49,431 nt of DNA, taken from Chromera velia. Taxonomy: Eukaryota. Location of the stretch: positions 1-49,431 of the forward strand of contig JAHBMJ010000363.1 of assembly GCA_018398765.1 (NCBI GenBank), in the 5' to 3' direction. This document shows, one piece after another, positions 13,849 through 28,167 of this stretch. The notes beneath the pieces are model-generated. The model was not told where the DNA came from and did not search any database. It saw only the letters and a program-made list of their open reading frames with translations. Positions within the stretch are counted from its first letter, which is position 1; every line of letters starts with the position of its first letter. A program made the translations under genes and the position numbers.

Positions 13849-16800
13849 ATGTCTGTTTCGTACAATGTTGTTGCCCTCTCCCGCCTCTCTGAGGAGTGGG
13901 GCATGGTCGAGTACTTCCTCCAGCTGTGCATCAGGAGCTCCTGTGCCCGTCTGAAGAACGCATGGAGCATCTCTGTGCCAGAGGTCTCCAGTCTTTTTGA
14001 AAGGAGAAACAGAGTCAGTTAGATACATGTTTTGATGGTAAAGTAAGGTTGGGAGCAGGTAGACGGGTCGTTTCCACGCTTAGTTATGAATCAAAAGCCT
14101 CCCTGGTGTAAGAATATCTTGCATTTCACATTCAGTGTTGCCTGATTGGTGTGATCTCACAACAAGACAAGGTTTCTCTTTATGTGTTTCTCAGCGAGGG
14201 AGGGACCTCATCGAGTCCACTGTCTTTCGCTGTAAATATCGTCAGAAGAGCTTCCTTTTTGATCAGTTCGGGGGAAAACATTTATCCAAACATCCATGCT
14301 TCTTCTTTTGAACTCTGCAGGGAAGCCTGGTGCTCCACTCGTGGGTCGACACGGGGGCACTGACAAGCGACAACACAATTCAGGATGTCTGCAGAAGAGG
14401 TCAGGAAACTTAGGAAACATGTACAGAGTGTGTTTGTGTCTTTGTCTTCCCGATTCTGCCTCACACACCTCCGAGGTTTCCTTCTCTGCCATTAATGAAA
14501 CCCTTGAACACATGTTTCATGTGTAACCATGCTCAGCATCCCTTTTCATACGCGTGTGCACACTCATTGCTCATTCATGCTCTCTGCAGGCTTCCGCGTT
14601 CCGCAGTCGGGTCTCCGCGTGTCTGTGGGGAACTTGGGCCTGCCTGGGCTGACGAGCAGGACGACAGACCCTGTGGACCCCCAGGCGGTCGCGTGCAGGG
14701 CCCGATACACCGCAGGAAGGAGAATGTATGAGTTCATACTCTGCAAAGCAGGTAGGTAGGTAAGTAGGTAGGCAGGTCAGCTTGCCGGCATGGTGGGCCG
14801 ATGTGTCCGGTAAGAATGCGGGGGACGCTTTTCGGCTAACTTTCTGAATGGCTTCAGGGGAGGCAATAAAACGTTTTGTTGAGCTTGCAATTCCCCAACC
14901 GGGAAATTGATCCTTTTTCTTCTTCGGCTACCTAGCAGTTCAATATGGAGGGAGAGAGAGAGAGAGAGACCCAGTCGGAGAGTTGGTGATTTCATGAGAG
15001 TGAAAACTTTTGCTTTTAGTTTTGTCGGGCAGAACAAAATTTGCAGGCCCTAGAAAGCATTTGCCTGCCGACTCTTTCGCTCCCTCCTGGCCCATGTCTC
15101 CCTCTCATTTCGTTCGTTCACACAAAAGGAAAACCATACGTACCCAAAACTCTGCAGGCGTCGGAAAGTCCGTGGTCGCAGCAGACGAGGACGAACTGAA
15201 GTCGCCGAGCTTCTCCATGCCTGAGGGTGAGTTTCTTTGAGCTTCTACTCTTTTCATTGTCTCTCTGTCCGTCTGAGCTTCTACTCTTTTCATTGTCTCT
15301 CTCTCCGTCTCCCTGTCAATCTGTTGGTCTGTCTTTCAGAAGAAGGAAAAGAAAAGAAACGTGTAGTCTGCGTCTTTCTGTCACTCTCAGTGTGCATGCA
15401 CGCAAAGCATACACAAACGAATACACACACTCACACTCATATACGCACATGCACTAATGCACACACGCTCTCTCCCTGTCTGTGTGCAGACTACGACTCT
15501 GTGTACATCAGAAGAGGAGGGCCGGGAGGCGCAGGGTGCGCTGCAGGACAACAGCAGCAGAGCTCTTCTAGCTCCAGCGCTCCACGGCCATCAGGACAGG
15601 GGGGCGAGAAGGGCGGGGAGGGTCTGGGAGTCCCCAACAGTCGAGAGCCGTTGATGATGTTCGACGACCTGGCTGCGTTGGTGGGGGCCTCCATGATGGG
15701 GGGGCCTGAGGGGGGACAGAGGGGGGTGCTGCCGCAACATGTGTACAGACATGATTTTGTGTTGTTTGATAGTGCGCAGGTCAGAGGGTCAAGTGAGTGG
15801 ACGGGGGTGTCCGCTTTGTCATGTCTATTCGCTTGCCATGGCTTCAGGAATGCATTCGCGTGATCTGTCTTTCGGTGGTTTCTTGATGAAGTCCTTCATT
15901 CACTCATTCATTTCCCTGACTGACAGCTCGAAGGCCTTCGTGTTTCTGCCGATCAATTCGTTGTCTTTGAGAGGCACAGCGATGGGGATGCTGCTTTTTT
16001 TCTTTTTGGATAACTGCTGGCTGATCGACTCAATCGCAGAAAATTATATTGCGGGAATGATCTCTTTCTCCTCTAGAAATCTGGGTGTCATTGTGAGCCT
16101 CCCCCTTCTCCGAATAATTCAGTAAAATGCTTGAATATTTAAAAGATCGGACTTTCCGTCCTGTCTCTCTGCATGCAGCTCTCTCCCGAGTACCTGGTCC
16201 AATTTGAATTCGATCCAGAACGGCCTGAGGGCCTCCTCGCTCCTCTCTGTGACGCCTGTGAGGAACAGGTCGCAACTCTCTTCTGTGCCGCAGATGCTGC
16301 AAGGTGAGAGGAGAGGGGGGACCCCGGGTTTCGTGAGGGTTTTCTTGTACAGTCAAAATAGACTTCTCATAATACAACAGTACAAAATGCAATCCATCCG
16401 CATGCCCCCACCGCGACTTGATCTTATTTCCTGGGCAGGTGGACGGCAGAGCAAACAAGAGAATAAAAAGGGGATGGAGGGGGCTTGGAAGTCGGCAACC
16501 TCATGCGAGAAAGTCATCGATCGGGGTTTTGCTTTGATTGTTCTTATTCACATTCCTTCTCATCTCCCCCACAACTTAGGGTCCTGACTACCATGCGCTG
16601 TTTCTTCTCTTGTCCGCCCTCTTGTTCTGGCGTCACCTCATATAGCTGATTCTCCTTCTGCTCTTTTTTTCATGTGTACAGGTTGTGTGACGATTGTGAC
16701 GAACTTCTGCACTCACAGAACAAGCTCACTCAGAGACACGTGAGGGTTCCCGTCAACGAGGTCGGTGGATCCCTGGGTTTGTTTGCCTGCCTGCCTGCGC

Positions 16801-16846
<46 letters not shown>

Positions 16847-18122
16847 CTTTTCGCCTGTGCATATTGTGCTCTGAGTGAGAGAGAGACACAGAGAGAGTGA
16901 GAGAGAGAGGGACAGGCAGACTGACATGCACGCTCGCACACACACGCAGAGAAAGAGAAAGAGAGAGAGAGAGAGAGAAAGGAGAAGTCGTTCATCTGCA
17001 TGGTTCTGTTCCGTTCTCTGTGCATTCAATCCTATTCCCTTCCTGTCTCTCCCTCCCTCCCTCCATTTTTGCCCCCCAATGCAGATGACCAGAAAGGCCG
17101 AGATGTGCGAGAGCCACCCGAATGTTCCTGCAGACTTCTGGTGCCCCTCTTGTCATGAGGCCCTCTGCCAGAAGTGCCTCGACGTGGGATCGCATTCTCA
17201 GGGTCAGTGAGTCTGGGGGTGAAGGGGATGGGTACAAAGGCAGTGCCCTGATCTTTTTGTGCCTGTCTGCAATCCTGCCAGCATGTGTTGGATAATGCCT
17301 TTCTGGAATCATATCGAGGCGCGTCAAGCAACTTTTTTCTGTTTTTCCTCACTGTCCACGTTCGTTCTTAAGACATCGGAGAGCGCACTTGTCCGATCAC
17401 TGGTTGAATTGTCCACTGGATAAATTGATTTGTTGATTGACTGATTCAATTGTCGGTCCTTGGATGAATTCATACATGCAGGCGCCCTCGGACAGCATGA
17501 ACCGATCCCACTCCAAACTGCATACAGGTCGACCTTCTTGTTTGTCTGTTTGTTTGTTTGTCTGTCTTTTCTGTTCCATCCCTTTGTGTGTTGCGGTGTT
17601 CTGCCACTCTTCTTCGTGCCTGTTCTTCTTTGATCCTTTATTACCGAAACCCATTCGATTGGGCGAATTTTATTTTCTTTTCTTGTTGTTCTTCGCTTTT
17701 TCCTCCCTCTTTCTCTTCTCTCCCTGGGAGGAGGCTGGAATTTCTTTTCGTTTCCCGGAAGACACACCCAGAGAAGACCGACAGTCTGTCAGTCAGAATA
17801 ATGAAGTAATTCCCCTTCCCCTCCCTACAGGTCTGCCCTCCACATCACCAAACTCGCACATCAAGGCCGTGCGGTTCCCGCAAAGCACGACCCAGTCGCT
17901 GCCCGTCTCCTCCACTCCTCCGCCCTCCCCCCCCTGCCCGAGCCGGTCGTGCGGGTCCTCCGTGACGCCCCCCAGAGGCTCTTTGACGTCTTTGAGCTGG
18001 TCGAGCACAGACGCAGGTGGATTGCACAGACTGTGGCGGCAGTGGAGGACCGGATGAGGGAGGTGGCTTGTAACAGCCTGCAGGTGAGTGACTTGGCTTT
18101 TCTGTCACGCGCACGCACCACG

Positions 18123-18153
<31 letters not shown>

Positions 18154-18155
18154 AC

Positions 18156-18215
<60 letters not shown>

Positions 18216-18349
18216 GCGCAGATAATTGCAGAGCAAATGTTCTCTTCCCACGTATACGCCCATCCTCCTCTCCTTCCCTCCTCCATTCGTTCCAGTTTTT
18301 GACTTCCTGGCGAGCATTTTTCTGGATCCATTTTTGACTTGCTTCTCTT

Positions 18350-18415
<66 letters not shown>

Positions 18416-18416
18416 N

Positions 18417-18447
<31 letters not shown>

Positions 18448-18581
18448 AAGAGAAGCAAGTCAAAAATGGATCCAGAAAAATGCTCGCCAGGAAGTCAAAA
18501 ACTGGAACGAATGGAGGAGGGAAGGAGAGGAGGATGGGCGTATACGTGGGAAGAGAACATTTGCTCTGCAATTATCTGCGC

Positions 18582-18639
<58 letters not shown>

Positions 18640-19706
18640 GTCGAGGACCGCGTTTTCGCGTTGCTCGAGGAGGCTCTTCACCAGCTGCAAGAGGAGACAG
18701 AGAAGAAGATGGTCGTGCTGTTGGGAGACCAGATTGAAGTGAGAAGACAAATGGACTTCATCGACTGGTCGGAGGGATGGCTCAGGTCGGTTGGTCGGTT
18801 CGTCGGTCCCTCAAATAGATGTTTGATTGATGGATCTTTCATTGTTCATTCCCCATGATCGTCAGCATCGTCATCTTTCTTTCTCATCCTTGTAAATAGA
18901 CAGGATGGCTTGCGTGAAGAGAGACTGTTTTTTTTTGTTGCTGCAAAGACCATTCATTATCAGTCTCCGTTCCCTGTGTTCTCCTTTCTATAGCTTCCAG
19001 GGGCATTGCTGGTAATTTCAGTGCAGCCTGTCGCATGGAAGTCTATCAATATTTCCCTTCCCAATGAGCTGGCCAATATCTTTCTTTGCTGCACTTTATG
19101 TGCCTTCGTACTGCTTGTCTGCGTATTCCCGTGCGAATGTGCGTGCAGGCATTTGCGGGATACTCTCCCTCCGGCAGATTTCCTTTACGCTTGGTGCGTC
19201 TCGGCTAGTCGGGTCGTCTCATTTCTCACGCTGACTTTATGGTTTCAACTATTTGGGTCCCCTCACCTCTTTCCCTCACACAGAAACTTCTTCTATTCTC
19301 CGGTTTGTCTTCTCTTCTTCCGTGTCGGTGCTCAGCTCTTACTTCTCCTTCTCGGATGAATAGGATGCATGGATCTGCTGGACTCCCTCTCTCTGCCTCC
19401 TAGCTATCTTCCTGAACGGCCACGCCTTTGTTTGTTGTTCTTTTCTTGGGTGCATACCATGCAGGACTGCCCACTGCAAAGTCAGGGAGGAGAATTCCGC
19501 CATGAGCCCAGGGGACTTCGACCTGCAAGTGCCGGTATGTTCTGTCTGTCTGTCTGTCTGTCTGTCTTTGTTCTTTCTTTCTTTTTGTCTGTTGTGTTCA
19601 TGAAGAAAAGAAGGGAGAAGAAGAAACATATAGTCTGTCTGTCTTCATGAAGAAAAGAAGGGAGAAGAAGAAACATATAGTCTGTCTGTCTGTCTGTCTG
19701 TCTGCC

Positions 19707-19739
<33 letters not shown>

Positions 19740-20209
19740 GTCTGTCTGTCTGTCTGACGATATAGTCAGTCGATTGGCCTTTCTCTTCCTCTGGCAGTGA
19801 ACTAGGTTTTCGCATATCTAGCTAGTGTTGTAGAAGGCGAGTCGACCAGAGCTTTCGCAGGAGCCCCTGTTTATTTCCTCTCAATGGTCCTCATCTCATC
19901 TCAAAAGGGAGTGCGTGCGTAGGGACTCAGTTTCCGACCTCTGTCAGCTTGTTGATGTCTACTTCAAATCTTTTGGTTTTCGGTACAAAGCAGAAACGAG
20001 TTTTTACCCCCCCGAGCCATTTGCGAAAAATACTCTGTTCTGCCCCCCCCTTCTTCTTCATCCTCCATTTGTCTCGGAGACGACGTGGAGCTTTAGATGT
20101 TTGTGTGCATGGGAAGAGATGGTTTGCGCGGTGAGTGTGTGCATGTGTGTTCGTTCATGTGTGCGGCACATTATTGTACCTGTATTTCTCTGTCCGTCTG
20201 TGTCTTTGT

Positions 20210-20258
<49 letters not shown>

Positions 20259-20708
20259 CGTGCGTGTGTGTCACGGTGTATGTGCCTGCCGTTGTGTCAG
20301 TAAGTAAGCAAGTGAGCAAAATACCAACTGAGTAAGTAGCTCAGTGAGGAAGAGAAAGAATGCCCATCTCTCTCGCCCTCCTCCCCTCCCTCGCAGGCTG
20401 ACATGAAGCTAGAGGGACGTGTAGAGATCCTGTCAGGTCTGTCCTTCGAGTCCTTTCTCGCCGTGTTTGTCCTTACTCTTTCCCGCCCTCTTTCCTTTTT
20501 TCGACTCAATTGGAATCTTCACAAGAAAGCTGGACAAATGTCCCGTGTCTGATCCGGTTTTTTCTTTCCATATTCCCATCAAGACGATCGACCAGCAGCT
20601 GTAAAGAAAGAGAAAGAAGACAGGGAGCAAGAACCTTTCTTCCCAGTTGGAGTTCTTCGAGTCATGAGGAAGGAGGAACTCAAAGGGATGGAAGAAGACC
20701 TCTGCAGT

Positions 20709-20746
<38 letters not shown>

Positions 20747-21021
20747 GCACACGGCATAGTGCTGTGGTTGTCCCTGGCCTCGATTTCGGGGACAACCTGT
20801 AGAATCTTCCTGTTCTTTCCTATCAGACAAAGGCCTGTGGAAAAACGGATCATCATTTCTATGTAGTTGCCTCTTTTGCCTGTCCCCATGCTTTGCACGT
20901 GTGTCTCTCTGCAGACGCCGCCATGCGGGAGAAGATTCGTCTCCAGAGGCAACGAATGGTTGAACAGCAGCAGAGACACGTGGCTGAGGAAGCACAACGA
21001 CCGGATGGACCTTTAGGATAG
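13849..21021 (+). CDS. B-box zinc-finger protein (~597 aa): divergent PARP/ART-like N-terminal domain, two B-boxes, coiled coil
   Basis: 15 exons in consistent phase: 13849-14013, 14321-14399, 14590-14751, 15158-15226, 15490-15779, 16179-16303, 16682-16760, 17085-17202, 17482-17527, 17831-18083, 18640-18785, 19149-19193, 19465-19534, 20397-20436, 20915-21021. B-box1: CDACEEQVATLFCAADAARLCDDCDELLHSQNKLTQRH. B-box2: CESHPNVPADFWCPSCHEALCQKCLDVGSH. Helical LEEALHQLQEETEKK region follows. Confidence 0.88.
18120..18636. repeat. Large perfect inverted repeat inside intron 10 of the B-box gene, centred on an N (possible assembly artefact)
   Basis: A ~140-bp unique segment at 18213-18350 is the exact reverse complement of ~18448-18585. 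Flanked by (CA)n(GA)n and (CT)n(GT)n, with an N at 18416. Confidence 0.85.
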
Positions 21022-23169
21022 CGCATCGCGGATATCACACTGGTTTTCTAATGGAGAAAACACAATATCATTTCTTCTTTAATTTGTATGATTTCTTGTA
21101 AGCTTTGTCAACTATTTTTGCCGTTTAATATCGATCACAACTTGAAGTTATATAATCTAATTAATTTTGAATGATAGGTTATACATATTGTTATACTATC
21201 TAGTATACTATGATATATATCGTTCTGAGATTTATTTTATTGAGGTACATTTATAGGTACACTACAAATGATACAGTATTATTTTTAGGATGCTAGCTTT
21301 ATGGATTAGTTAGTTAGAGTTTATTTATAATTAACATTAGTTTGTTAATTAGTTAGAGGATGTCTACAAAAGTCTATCAGACATCACTCATGCGCACGCA
21401 TGCCCTGCCAAAAGTGAAAGAGTCATGGTCTAGGCAACAGTTTGAAAAGAAATATCCGTTTTAAGCATGTTTACTAGAAACTAGTTTATTAATTCAACCT
21501 CAGGCTGCTTTGCCTGTGCTGACTTGCTGAATGCTAGACGCCTTAGTCATACCTAATGATGGGCTGATGGCGATGGCATATGATGATATCATGATGATGA
21601 TAACTCTACCTCCACTTGGAGCATTACTACGAGCGTTCTCAATGGTGATAAAGCTTTTGAGCAGCACTTTATATATAATACGAGATACACCCAACCAGTT
21701 GGGTGAGTGCCTCGGGGAGCTATTTAAGGGGTTAACCATAATTTGATTGCATGATGCAAACGCGTACCATCAAGGGCTTGGGTATGTCTTGCCTGCAACG
21801 GGCAAGTATCGGGAGCCATGCGGCAACGCGTGCAAAATATGCTTTTCGGGACCATGTATATGCATGCACGCTCATACAACTCCGTGCGAGTTACTTCAGG
21901 GGTATACGTATATCACGAGGAGCGAATTAAGTATAATTAATGCGATCGCGGCTCCGTGCGAGTTGCTTGAGGGGCACATTTTGGAATTAGGGAGACATCG
22001 TGACAAACAGACACCGAACCCCCCCCCAAAAAATGAAAAAATGCGTTATGCGAGTGCGTGCGATCTCAGGGCCTCTCGGCTGATCTCAGCAAAGCTGAGC
22101 TGCCCCCCGAGGCGATGCATGCTTTTATTAATATTGAATAAGTGCCCGGCACGGGGCCCTCTCATGCATGCAGACCGCGCCCATGCAGACTCTGCATGCA
22201 TGACTTAATTCTATATATAGCTTTGAAGTCGAATCTCTCATGCATGCAGCAACTCCTCCAGCCCTGACGTTGTCAGAGGTCTGAGGTCTGGGCGATGTTG
22301 TTCTCTCTCTTAGTGGGTTCGGCTGTTCATAGCACGTCCCGGCATTTTGAAGAACCGTAGCCGCGCGCAGAACCGTGTATGAAAAGTGCCTTAATTGAAA
22401 AGCAGTGAACCAACTTAGTCTGCCTCCATATGTGTCTGCCTCTATAATCCTCTATACATCTGCCTCTACATCTCCTCTTCACAGTGTCGCTCGCGCAGCT
22501 AGTGCTCGCCTGACTCCAATCCTCAGCAAACCTTCAATCATCCTCACGTGCTTTCGGAGCGCCTCTTTGGACTTTGGGCATCCATGCGGCAGCATTTCAG
22601 GGCAGCCCTCAATCATTGTATTTCAGAGCAAAACACGCACAAAGGTGAGTACATGCATGTGAGTAAATATCTCAAGTGCCAGCCAGGCCAAGAGAACACA
22701 GGACAAAGAATTGGTCAAGTACGGGAGAAATCTCTGCATAAATGGAAGATGGAGGCACAAGAGAAGACGAAAACCTGAACCGTGTACAGCGAGTCTCCGT
22801 ATGGCAGACAAAGCCCATTCAATGCCCGCGAGAGCTAGATCTCCCAGTCCTTTAATGCTTGTCCAGTGCTCTTGAAGGTTGTTCCGAGTCTTTCGTTTCG
22901 CTCCTTCTCTCAAATGACGCGCCGTTCAGGGGGCTGGAGGACTGACAGGTGCCCTCCTTTGTTCACTGTTACGCAGGACCGTAGACGGAACTGCATTCTG
23001 CTTTCTTGCACGCTGTGGTGAACTATTATGCCAAAAGGAGTCTCAGCTGGCTGCGTTCGTATCTCGTTTATCTATATTTTTCTTCTCTTTTCCTTTTTTC
23101 GTGTTGGTCTTCATCTTTTTTTGGTTTTTACCTTCAACTTCTCTGCTTTCTCTCCTGAGTGTTCTGCAG

Positions 23170-25589
23170 GTTCTTAGCGGCGTCATTCTCTGTCTAGTTG
23201 TGGTCGCCTTGACTGTCCTGATGCCTCATGTGAGTCTCCTCCTTCATGTTTGTTCGTCTCTTCCACCTTCTCCTTTGTTCGCGTGCTCACTTCCTTTATC
23301 GGCGTACATCTATAGGTCTACGTGAAAGAATGGGAACGGGAAGAGCTCGTTTGACAGTGCCTTTTCCTTCTTTTTTCCCTTCCTGCTCCTGCAGCGGGAT
23401 TCAATTTAGTCTCGCCCTCACAACCTCTCTTGACTGCCCGCCTGCCAGCCCGCCCGCCTGCTTGCCTGCCGAGAGTTGCCTGCCCGCCTGCCCGGAGATT
23501 CGACGAGGGGAATTGATTGGTCTTTTTTTTGGACGACTTCTCTTCTGGGTAAGGTGAGCCAGGGAATGAGAGAGAGCATGCAGCCTCCCCCCTTTCAGCC
23601 CCCCCCCCCGTGGCAAACAGATGACAGGGTGCTGAAAGTCCCACGTGAGACTCGAGGCTCACTGGTCTATAGAAGGCCCTGGCGGTCGCGAAGGGATTGA
23701 TGCGGCGAGTCACCTGGCTCGGTCGTGCCTCGCTCTGGAGTGATTCGGGCGCAAGGAGCTCTCTGCCTCGCGCTCACTGTCTTGCATCCAGTCTTGCATT
23801 GGCATGCTGAGAAAGCAGAGAAGAGGTTCAGATTGAGGATGCTTCTTGCAACTGAGACATGTCTCCCCACCCTGTCCTGCTTTTCTGCACCTGGGCTTTC
23901 TGTTCCCACAGGCCCGGTTGCAGTGTCACGCTTTTTGCCTGATGTGCTCTGATAGGAGTTCTAGGTGCAGGGGGGGGGTTGTCAGTCGTTCCGAATCCGA
24001 TGAACATTGAAGAAGAAGGGGTGGGGTGGGGGGATTTCACTGCAGTTGTTCTCTTTGTGCGCGCGTGTGTGTCGTTTCTTCTTTGCATGCTTTCGGTCGT
24101 GCAGGGTGAGTGAGGGAGGAAAACAAGTGCAGGGAGCGTTGGCCCTTGTGGACCTTCTCTTCGCAGCCCTGGGGGTATGAGGCTTCGGACGTCGTTTGCG
24201 GCTGCCGGTAAGTGGCGATGTCGTTCCTCCGCTGCTTCCATCGAGGGGGGATGCAGCCCTGGCTTCATCGGGNNNNNNNNNNNNNNNNNNNNNNNNNNNN
24301 NNNNNNNNNNNNNGGGGGGGGGGGGGGGACAATATTAATATGAGGGTCAATTAATTCTCTTTGGGGAAGCGGGAAGCTGGAGAAGGGAGTATAGACGGCC
24401 AAAAGCTAAAAAGAGGGAGGGGCGGGGGGACGGTTCTTTCTCGAATTTCGTGCCGCTTTTTCCTTTCCCCTGCTGCATGTGGCCGCATGGCTTCACATGT
24501 AGGCCGGGATATGGAGATCGTCTGCAGGTGTGTATGCTTCATTCTGAATTGTCTTTTTCCTTCCTCGTTTTCTCTTAATCTTCTGCCTGCAGGATCAACA
24601 TGCTGGGCTGCAAAGAGCTCGTGGGTGGCAGCTTGAAGAATGAACGTAGATAGTCAACAGGCCAGTCGTCTAGTCTCGTTCTATGCAATTCTGCAGACAT
24701 TCAATCGAGATCAGTGATTTCAACGGTCGGTATGCGCGCTTGACGTGCATGCAGCTTCTTTGCTCCGTGCCCTTTCAATTTACTTTTTCTCCCGTATGTC
24801 CCTTACGTTTGTGTTTTTTCTCCCGTTTTCGTACACTCTTTTTCTGGTCTGAGCTCTGGAGGATTTTCTTCCTTTTTTGTTTTTTCTGTGGTGGTGGAGG
24901 AGGAGGAGGGAGGTCCCATTTACTGAATCCGAGAGGGGGAGTTGGAGCTGCAACGCGTGACTCGTGTCTAGGCACTAATGTCATTGTTGGCATGCAGCTG
25001 CGCGGAGGGGAGAGGACGGCCGGACCAGTGAGGATTGGCCGCATTCCATTGGTTTTTACTCTGGCCGTCCGTGATTCTCTTGACATATCTGTCGTGCTGT
25101 TGGGGTTCCTGTGTTCAAATCTTTTCTGCATAAGCTGCACAATGCATAAAATTGAAGTGAACTGCAGAATGTGCATTCTAGTTCATCATGGTCGGATCGG
25201 AATCTGATCAATTTGAGGTACGTACCAGGGCCAAATCAAGTTGTCACTCCGGACTGCTTCTCTTCTCCCTCTTTCTCTCTTCTTTTCTGGTGTTTCGTGT
25301 TTTGTGTTTGTTGCTTGTACGTTTGCAGGTAGAGATCGAACGGCTGGGGGAAGGGAATCGAAGAAAAGAAGGACTGATTCAAACAAGGTCTCGGCAGAGG
25401 TTTTGGTCGAGGAATATTCGAGGAGAGTGATGGTAAGTGAGAGACACAAATGTTCGATCTTCTTCTGTTTCTACTTTAAATTTTTTGTCTGTTGCTTTTG
25501 TCTCTGCTAACACGTACCAGAAATTCGGCAGGAGAAACACCTGCTTGGCTTCACACTCACACTCTCAGTCCGCCCACGGCGTGTCGATA

Positions 25590-25620
<31 letters not shown>

Positions 25621-25787
25621 AGGAGGGAGAAGAAGAAGAAACATATAGTCTGTTTGTCTGTCTGTCTGATGCTGGTGGTCCATCTATCTGTCTCTCCATG
25701 TGTCTTGTATGCTAGTCTTGTATGTGTCTGTGTGAATTTCAGGACATCTTTCCCGAGTGCTTCCCTCCTCCAGCACACTTTGGATGA
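23170..25787 (+). CDS. Possible small multi-exon gene with a hydrophobic (TM-like) exon; model incomplete
   Basis: Exon-like segments with CAG/GT boundaries: 23170-23229 (VLSGVILCLVVVALTVLMPH), 23912-23963, ~25329-25432 (...VEEYSRRVM|GTAAGT), 25743-25787 (DIFPECFPPPAHFG*). Assembly gap at ~24273-24312; no recognisable family. Confidence 0.3.
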
Positions 25788-25946
25788 GGAGAGCAAGACA
25801 GACTGGGAGGGTTCTTCTACGCGTCCTGTTGTGGCTGGTCTTGTTTGATGTTTCCGGTCTTTTCTTCCTGCGCACAATGAATGGATGAAAACTTGTCGAC
25901 CGCCATATCGTGTCAATTCTGTCCGGCACCCTCGCAACCTTGGTGT

Positions 25947-25978
<32 letters not shown>

Positions 25979-26008
25979 CCCCCCTCCCTCCCTCTCTCTC
26001 TCTCTCTC

Positions 26009-26719
<711 letters not shown>

Positions 26720-27512
26720 ATGTTAGTTGCATTTCTTTGCTGTGATCGTTCCCGTGTGGATACTCTTTTCTGATAATCATTGTGTCTCAGCATGTATTGC
26801 TGTCTGCAGTGTCTGGCATAACATCTTTATCTGTGTTGAGGATTCTGCAGGGAGGGTGAGAAGACGAAGCGTGACAGTTGAAACAGTGAAAAGCTAACTA
26901 TCCTAACTAAATCCTGAGATAACAAGGGATCTCGCACCCCTTTTCCCGGCGCGTCACTGAGACTCAAAGTGAGACAAAATCAATTTCAAAAGGAACAAGT
27001 TCCGAACAACTGACAAAAGCTAATCTTGATCGAAGCTGACCCACGTACGGCATCGTATAGGGGCTCTAGTAAGCACCGGTCTACCGCACTGGGTATGTGG
27101 CAGCGTGTCTAGATCTAGATAAAAATCGTACTAGGATGAAGTTTGAGTGAATTTATTAAGAAAATTTTTATAAATAAGTGAAAACTTATAGGTGAAAACA
27201 GATATAAAATGTTGATAACCTATTAATTAAGTCTTTAATTTAAAATTGCATGAGTCAATATTTCAAGTTTTAACAAAGTTGTTTCATACAAGTATTAATT
27301 ATGAGACTCATTTGTGCACCTCTTGACGGTGATAATGTAAGTCGACACCCGGTAATAGACCGTGGAGAAACCCAAAACGGCTGTTGCGTGCCGCTGTATT
27401 GCGTCCCGCATAGATCTTACGGTGGTCTCGGCATATCCGTCCTAGCTGTCCCGTTCGTGCCTGTGCGGCCCTACAAAAAATTATGGAAATCGTTGGGAAA
27501 TCTGTGGGGAAT

Positions 27513-28167
27513 CTAGGCGCTGGCTAGATCATCTACTTTTTTTTTTTTCTTTTTAAAAACTTTTTCAGTCAAACAACTGTTGTTCAACTGTTGCACAAGT
27601 GTTGTTTGTTGTAGTGTCCTACCTCCCGGCGCCGCTGTTCTGCCGCCGCCGTTCGGCCCTTCCCACATGCGCGCCGCCTTTGCTTCGATCGCCCGCCTCC
27701 GCACTCTGTTTGTCTGGCCCAAGAAAGCTTGTCTTTGCATTCACGCAGGGACTGGTCAGATTTAATCCACCTTCAGCCGTCTTGCTAAAATCGTTCATTC
27801 CGTTTATCCAGTCATGAGTCTGTCATCTCTCAGCAGCGCTAGTAGAAGTTCAAGTTCAACTGCAAACTATGAATCTCGCGACTTTACAAAGCGCTAAAGA
27901 TCTTCCCATATCCAATCTTTTAGCTGACAGAGGAATTTAGACTGAGCTAGACTCCTAGAGTCTGTAAAGTTTATAGATCTATCTCTCTGTCTGGGCCTCG
28001 TCTCTGGTCTAGCTCTCCATCTGTCCTGCCGCTACCTCCAAAGCAGCAGGAAGTTACTACATTGTGTGTTGCACAACTGTTGTTAAGTGTTGTTCAGGGT
28101 AAAAAAGAAAAAAAAAAAAAATCTCCCGAGATCGTCTACTTTTTTTTTTTCTCTAGCCGGCGCCTAG
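27513..28167. mobile_element. MITE with 16-bp TIR and 8-bp TSD
   Basis: TIR CTAGGCGCTGGCTAGA / TCTAGCCGGCGCCTAG (15/16 match). TSD TGGGGAAT at 27505-27512 and 28168-28175. Subterminal CAACTGTTG palindromes and T/A tracts; no ORF. Confidence 0.9.
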
